This document shows positions 59,756 to 64,000 of a stretch of 64,000 bases of DNA, in pieces. The translations under genes were made by a program, and so were the position numbers. The stretch's first letter is position 1. Every line of letters starts with the position of its first letter. The notes beneath the pieces were generated by a model that saw only the letters and a program-made list of their open reading frames with translations, was not told the DNA's origin and did not search any database. The stretch spans positions 128,001 to 192,000 of the forward strand of contig JBHLKM010000006.1 of NCBI GenBank assembly GCA_048886685.1, given 5' to 3'. Origin of the DNA: Candidatus Hodarchaeota archaeon (GTDB lineage: Archaea > Asgardarchaeota > Lokiarchaeia > Sigyniarchaeales > SOKP01).

Positions 59756-60619
59756 ATGATTATTAGCATTGACTGGGAAAAAGCAGAAGCAAAACCAGAA
59801 AAGAAGATGGCTGTTGAAGGCAGATTCTTGTTGGATCTTAGAGCTAAAGTAAATGATCTGGAAAAACAGCTGTCAGAAACTAAAAGTGAATTATCCTCAA
59901 CCAAAGATAAACTTGCAGACACTCAAAATGATCTTGCGGATACAAAAAGTAGTCTTAATAACACTCAGAATAGGCTTGAAAAGACGATTGGAGAAGGTAA
60001 AAGAAAAGATCAAGCTATTGATGCTCAAACAGCAGAAACAGAATCTTTAAAGAAGGACTTAGAAGATTATAAAACTAAGGTTAGTGAACTTGAATCAAGC
60101 CTAAGTTCTTCAGAAGAAAAAGTAGCTGAATTAGAAGTTTCAGCACAAAAAGCAGCAGATCTAGAAACTCAATTAAATGAAGCAAACAGTACAATCTCAG
60201 CAAATCAAGATGAAATAAGTTCTCTAAAGTCAGAAATTGAAGAATTAAACTCAAAACTTTCTGCATCTCAAAGTGAACTTGATCAGCTAAACTCACAACT
60301 TAGCGAATTAAATAATTCCTTATTACAAAGAGATACTCAAATCCAAGAATTAAGTGATGCTATTGCTAAAAAAGAACAAGCATTAGAGTCTGCAACTACT
60401 CACTTGACCGAAGTTGAATCTGAATTAGAAGAATTAAAACCCCCTGATATAGGTTCGGGAGGTTTTGCTGCCGATGAGAGGATTACCTGCCCAATGTGTG
60501 GAGCTGTAGGCCATGACATAAAAACAGTTGAAGATAAGAGCAAAGTCTTAAGCTATGTTGGACATATTCCAATGTACGCAAAAAAGCATGTATGTAAGAA
60601 GTGTGGTTACGAATTTTAG
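59756..60619 (+). CDS. Long coiled-coil protein with C-terminal Zn ribbon
   Basis: About 200 aa of heptad pattern; CPMCG...CKKCGYEF. Confidence 0.8.
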   Translation: MIISIDWEKAEAKPEKKMAVEGRFLLDLRAKVNDLEKQLSETKSELSSTKDKLADTQNDLADTKSSLNNTQNRLEKTIGEGKRKDQAIDAQTAETESLKKDLEDYKTKVSELESSLSSSEEKVAELEVSAQKAADLETQLNEANSTISANQDEISSLKSEIEELNSKLSASQSELDQLNSQLSELNNSLLQRDTQIQELSDAIAKKEQALESATTHLTEVESELEELKPPDIGSGGFAADERITCPMCGAVGHDIKTVEDKSKVLSYVGHIPMYAKKHVCKKCGYEF

Positions 60620-60762
60620 AGATTTTTTTTATTTTTCCTTTTTCTTTTATAATTTAGGATTAAAAATTCTTTTTGTTTTTTAATTTAGAATTTTGAATTC
60701 TTTCCTTTACTTCTGTTTAAATTTCATAATTTTAAAATAACTTTAAGTTTTTTATTTAAATT

Positions 60763-62073
60763 ATGAATGATAATCCTAAAAAGAAATTTATTGGTACTTT
60801 ACCTCAGAAAGAATTATTAAAACTTTATTCCCTACATGTGAATGGGCCTAAAGTTCGATTTTTCAAAAGCCTTGGATTAGGAGTGATTCCAGGCGAGAGA
60901 GAAGGGATTATCCTACGGACATTAGAGGGACCAAGACCCGGTGAACCTCTTCTAGAAATGTTTAATTGCCGTACTTCTGGGGGGGTGTATAACTTAGGGC
61001 ATGGAAATCCAAGAATTGTTCAGATTGTTAAAGATGCCTTAGATGGGGGGTTGGATATAGGTGATCATATTCTCTTATCAGAACAAAGAGCCCTATTAGG
61101 AAAGAAACTTGCAGATTTAATGCCTGGAGATATCAGTAAAACAACATTTGGGGTGGCGGGAGGAGAAGCTGTAGATTGCGCGATTAAATTCTCAAGAGCA
61201 TATACAAAACGTAAAGGATGTGTATCTGCTATAGGTGGTTATCATGGTCATACCGGGTTCGCATTAGCAACTGGAGATCCGATATTTAGAGATAATTTCC
61301 TTTGGGATCTTCCCGGATATAAGCAGATTCCATTTGGAGATGTTGATTCTATGAGGAAAGCCGTAACTGATGATATTGCATGTGTTATTTTAGAAACTAT
61401 TCCTGCTACTGCAGGGATATTAATAGCTTCTGAAGGATATTTTGCAGAAGTAAGAGAAATTTGTGATGATAATGGTACGATGATGATTATTGATGAAGTG
61501 CAGGCAGGACTCGGTAGGACAGGAGAATTATGGGCAATATATGGAGGACTTTATCCAAATGAAAAAGTTGTGCCAGATTTTATGGTATTAGGGAAGGGTA
61601 TGACAGCTGGGATTTATCCTTTATCAACGTGTAGCTATAAACCATTTATCGAAAAAGCAGTCTATAAAGATGATCCCTTTATCCATATTTCTACTACAGG
61701 TGGTTCTGATATTGGATGTGCTATCGCGCTAGAGATGTTGAATATTCAATCTGATCCAGATTTTTTAAATCATGTCAAGGAAATGGGAAAAGTTTTTCAG
61801 AAAGGATTAGAAGATATAAAATGGGAATTCCCTGATCTGATTAAAGAGATAAGAGGGAGAGGACTTATGTGGGGTGTTGAATTCCATAATGAAAGTGATA
61901 GCCAATTAGCAATGTTATCAATTATAAAAGAAGGCGTATTGCTTGATTATTGCAATAATAAAAAGGATACTCTTAAAATATTACCACCTTTAGTTGTTCA
62001 AAATCACGAACTTGATGAAATTTTAGAAAAAATTCGCAGTGGAGTTAATAAATTAAAAAATTTTAAGAAATAA
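60763..62073 (+). CDS. Class III PLP aminotransferase (acetylornithine/putrescine type)
   Basis: NLGH, GGEAVDCAIK, GYHG, IIDEVQAGLGRTG, PDFMVLGKG, RGRGLMWG. Confidence 0.93.
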   Translation: MNDNPKKKFIGTLPQKELLKLYSLHVNGPKVRFFKSLGLGVIPGEREGIILRTLEGPRPGEPLLEMFNCRTSGGVYNLGHGNPRIVQIVKDALDGGLDIGDHILLSEQRALLGKKLADLMPGDISKTTFGVAGGEAVDCAIKFSRAYTKRKGCVSAIGGYHGHTGFALATGDPIFRDNFLWDLPGYKQIPFGDVDSMRKAVTDDIACVILETIPATAGILIASEGYFAEVREICDDNGTMMIIDEVQAGLGRTGELWAIYGGLYPNEKVVPDFMVLGKGMTAGIYPLSTCSYKPFIEKAVYKDDPFIHISTTGGSDIGCAIALEMLNIQSDPDFLNHVKEMGKVFQKGLEDIKWEFPDLIKEIRGRGLMWGVEFHNESDSQLAMLSIIKEGVLLDYCNNKKDTLKILPPLVVQNHELDEILEKIRSGVNKLKNFKK

Positions 62074-62078
62074 AGAAT

Positions 62079-63503
62079 TTAAATTTTTAATTTCTTTTGT
62101 TGATGAATTTCCTCTAATTTTTCTTTTACTTGTTTTAATCTTTCTCCGTCTAAGGGATATTTATAAATTGATAAAATTGCGATTATCAATGCCGCTGAGG
62201 GATATACAAACATTAAAATACGTAGTGTTAGTTGAATTTCTGGGGATGCTGGAAGTGAAAAAACCTCCCAATCTGCAATAATAAACATGGGGCCTATACT
62301 TATAAAAACTATAATGATCGCCAGTCGTAGGAAAAAAGCATTCACGCCATAATATCCTGCTTCTCTACGGGTTCCTGTATTGACCTCATCTTCATCAATG
62401 ATATCGCTAACAACTAAGTCGATTATATAGAAAGAACCTGACAAGCCAAGACCAATAAAAAAGAAAACTATTATAGCAAGTACTTCCATATTTGGTCCTA
62501 GAAACATCAACGGAAATAACGTAATAATCCAAGACGTCATTGAAATCATCCATGCCTTTCTATTACCAATCCTCCTAACTATAGGTTTCCATACAAATGT
62601 AATAAATATTACCGAAGATATAAACGCTGCTCCTATAAGAAGTGAAATTATAAAAGCATCTTCAATGCCCAATACTGCTTTTGCATAAAGCGGTATCAAG
62701 GTCGGTAAGATTCCATATACAAACCAATTAGCAATTTCAGCGGGAATATACCACATAAACGATTTACTTTTCACACACATTTTAATAGAATTAAAGAAAC
62801 TAGGTGCGTTTTTATACTCTTCCTTAAATTCTACCTTTTCTCTTGGAGTAAATTTAATGAAAATTCCCCCAACAATAACAATAATTATCGCAGCAACAAT
62901 TCCAAATATCTGATATTCACCTAAAGTTTTAACTCTGTCTGTGCTTTCCGGAGTATAATCTTCAATAAAAAAACCGGGTAATACAAACGCTATTATTAAC
63001 CCTAAAATGAGAAAGGATTGTCTTACATTATTAGCTTTAGTTCTCTCATCTTTTGAAATAAATGTTTCGGGGAATAAAGAGGTAGCGTTAAGACTGAACA
63101 TTGTATAGAAGAATTCAAATAAAATAATGATGACTAGAAAATAAATAAACATCCCAATCTCATGTTCTACAAGTATAGGGAAATTTGGGGTAAATAACAA
63201 AAACACTATGACACCTAAAGGTATAAATGCTATCATAATGTATGGTAGGCGTCGTCCAAATCTAGTGTGTGTTCGGTCTGATAAGTATCCCAGCATAGGA
63301 TCATTAAAACTATTCCAAACGGCCCAAATTATAAACCCAATTGTAATATAAGTAATATTGAGTTTAATCACGGTGTAATAAAATGTAAATACTAAAAAGG
63401 TGAATGTTTGGTACGCCGCTTGATCCGCAATTTGTCCTGTAGAATAACTAGCAGCTTTTTTAAATGAAAAACTCTCTTCAGATTCTTCTTTTTTCTCGTT
63501 CAT
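62079..63503 (-). CDS. MFS transporter, glycoside-pentoside-hexuronide (MelB-like) family
   Basis: WNSFNDPMLGYLSDRTHTRFGRRLPY, DIIDEDE..TG.RREAGYYG; about 12 TM. Confidence 0.92.
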   Translation of the reverse strand: MNEKKEESEESFSFKKAASYSTGQIADQAAYQTFTFLVFTFYYTVIKLNITYITIGFIIWAVWNSFNDPMLGYLSDRTHTRFGRRLPYIMIAFIPLGVIVFLLFTPNFPILVEHEIGMFIYFLVIIILFEFFYTMFSLNATSLFPETFISKDERTKANNVRQSFLILGLIIAFVLPGFFIEDYTPESTDRVKTLGEYQIFGIVAAIIIVIVGGIFIKFTPREKVEFKEEYKNAPSFFNSIKMCVKSKSFMWYIPAEIANWFVYGILPTLIPLYAKAVLGIEDAFIISLLIGAAFISSVIFITFVWKPIVRRIGNRKAWMISMTSWIITLFPLMFLGPNMEVLAIIVFFFIGLGLSGSFYIIDLVVSDIIDEDEVNTGTRREAGYYGVNAFFLRLAIIIVFISIGPMFIIADWEVFSLPASPEIQLTLRILMFVYPSAALIIAILSIYKYPLDGERLKQVKEKLEEIHQQKKLKI

Positions 63504-63845
63504 TTTGATTTTTTAACGATAATTAAAATTGATCTACTATCTTTTTCTTTCTTAATAAATATTTAATTTTGATATTCATAGTTAATCTTATTAATAAATT
63601 ATAACAACGTAAAATTTCCTATCTTTTCAGTTTTACAAGTCATTGAATTTGTATATGAATATATAGAAAGGTGTTGAAAAAATATGAAGATTTTTTCGAA
63701 ATGCATAAAAATATAAGAATTTAATCACAATTTCTGATAAACTTTTTCACTTTCGTATAATGTTTTTTAAGAAAAGATACCTAAATTAAAATGTATCATG
63801 AAATTGAAATTAAAATAATATATAAATTAAAATCCTACTAGAATA

Positions 63846-64000
63846 ATGGTTAGTCTTGAAAATATAATTCTAGTTTTATCAACCTTTATCGCTGCAACTT
63901 TAATCTTGGTTGGTGCTATAATTACCTTATACTATGCTACAAAGAGGAAAAACTATTTAGTCTATCTATTTTCTGCAAGTTGGTTAGTTCAATCAGTTTT
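63846..64000 (+). CDS. 5' end of a membrane protein gene, truncated by the window edge
   Basis: MVSLENIILVLSTFIAATLILVGAIITLYYATKRKNYLVYLFSASWLVQSV, open to the end. Confidence 0.6.
   Translation, partial: MVSLENIILVLSTFIAATLILVGAIITLYYATKRKNYLVYLFSASWLVQSV

Noticed and set aside
588-60296. Short tracked ORFs overlapping longer genes (e.g. 588-773, 5221-5649, 18490-18816, 19630-19812, 24324-24722, 37030-37428, 38149-38622, 43660-44049, 48224-48604)
   Set aside because: They lie antisense or out of frame within well-supported genes and have no recognisable motifs.
1-64000. Genome-wide UGA reassignment (alternative genetic code)
   Set aside because: TGA ends several complete genes (e.g. 3044, 27197, 29101, 40755) and Trp is encoded by TGG; readthrough is confined to one operon.

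Overview
AT-rich, gene-dense archaeal chromosomal segment. Its content points to an Asgard archaeon of the Lokiarchaeia type (inference): small GTPases fused to longin/roadblock-like domains, uDENN/longin-like proteins, a gelsolin-like protein, HEAT-LRR paralogues, eS25, an intron-containing tRNA and a eukaryote-like SECIS. I saw no mobile elements, CRISPR arrays or rRNA. Housekeeping genes include hisS, hisGDC, pyrF, DNA ligase, leuCD-like genes, a 2-oxoacid:ferredoxin oxidoreductase, an AOR and AMP phosphorylase. Highlights: (1) a duplicated cassette at 40.7-53.3 kb in which a giant single-pass surface protein (variable ectodomain, conserved cytoplasmic tail) is translationally coupled to a longin/uDENN plus winged-helix protein, with a longin-fused small GTPase between the copies and a Rag-architecture GTPase nearby; this is a candidate archaeal receptor-to-GTPase signalling system; (2) an hdrA-mvhD operon, broken up in the ORF track, with five in-frame UGA codons at Cys-ligand positions and one 3' eukaryote-like SECIS hairpin; (3) an FrhB-PyrK fusion closing the oxidoreductase operon; (4) a ferredoxin subunit gene missing from the ORF track and an ABC ATPase, both apparently starting at ATT; (5) a Bud23-like rRNA methyltransferase divergent from eS25. 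All family calls come from motif recognition by eye; no database search was run.
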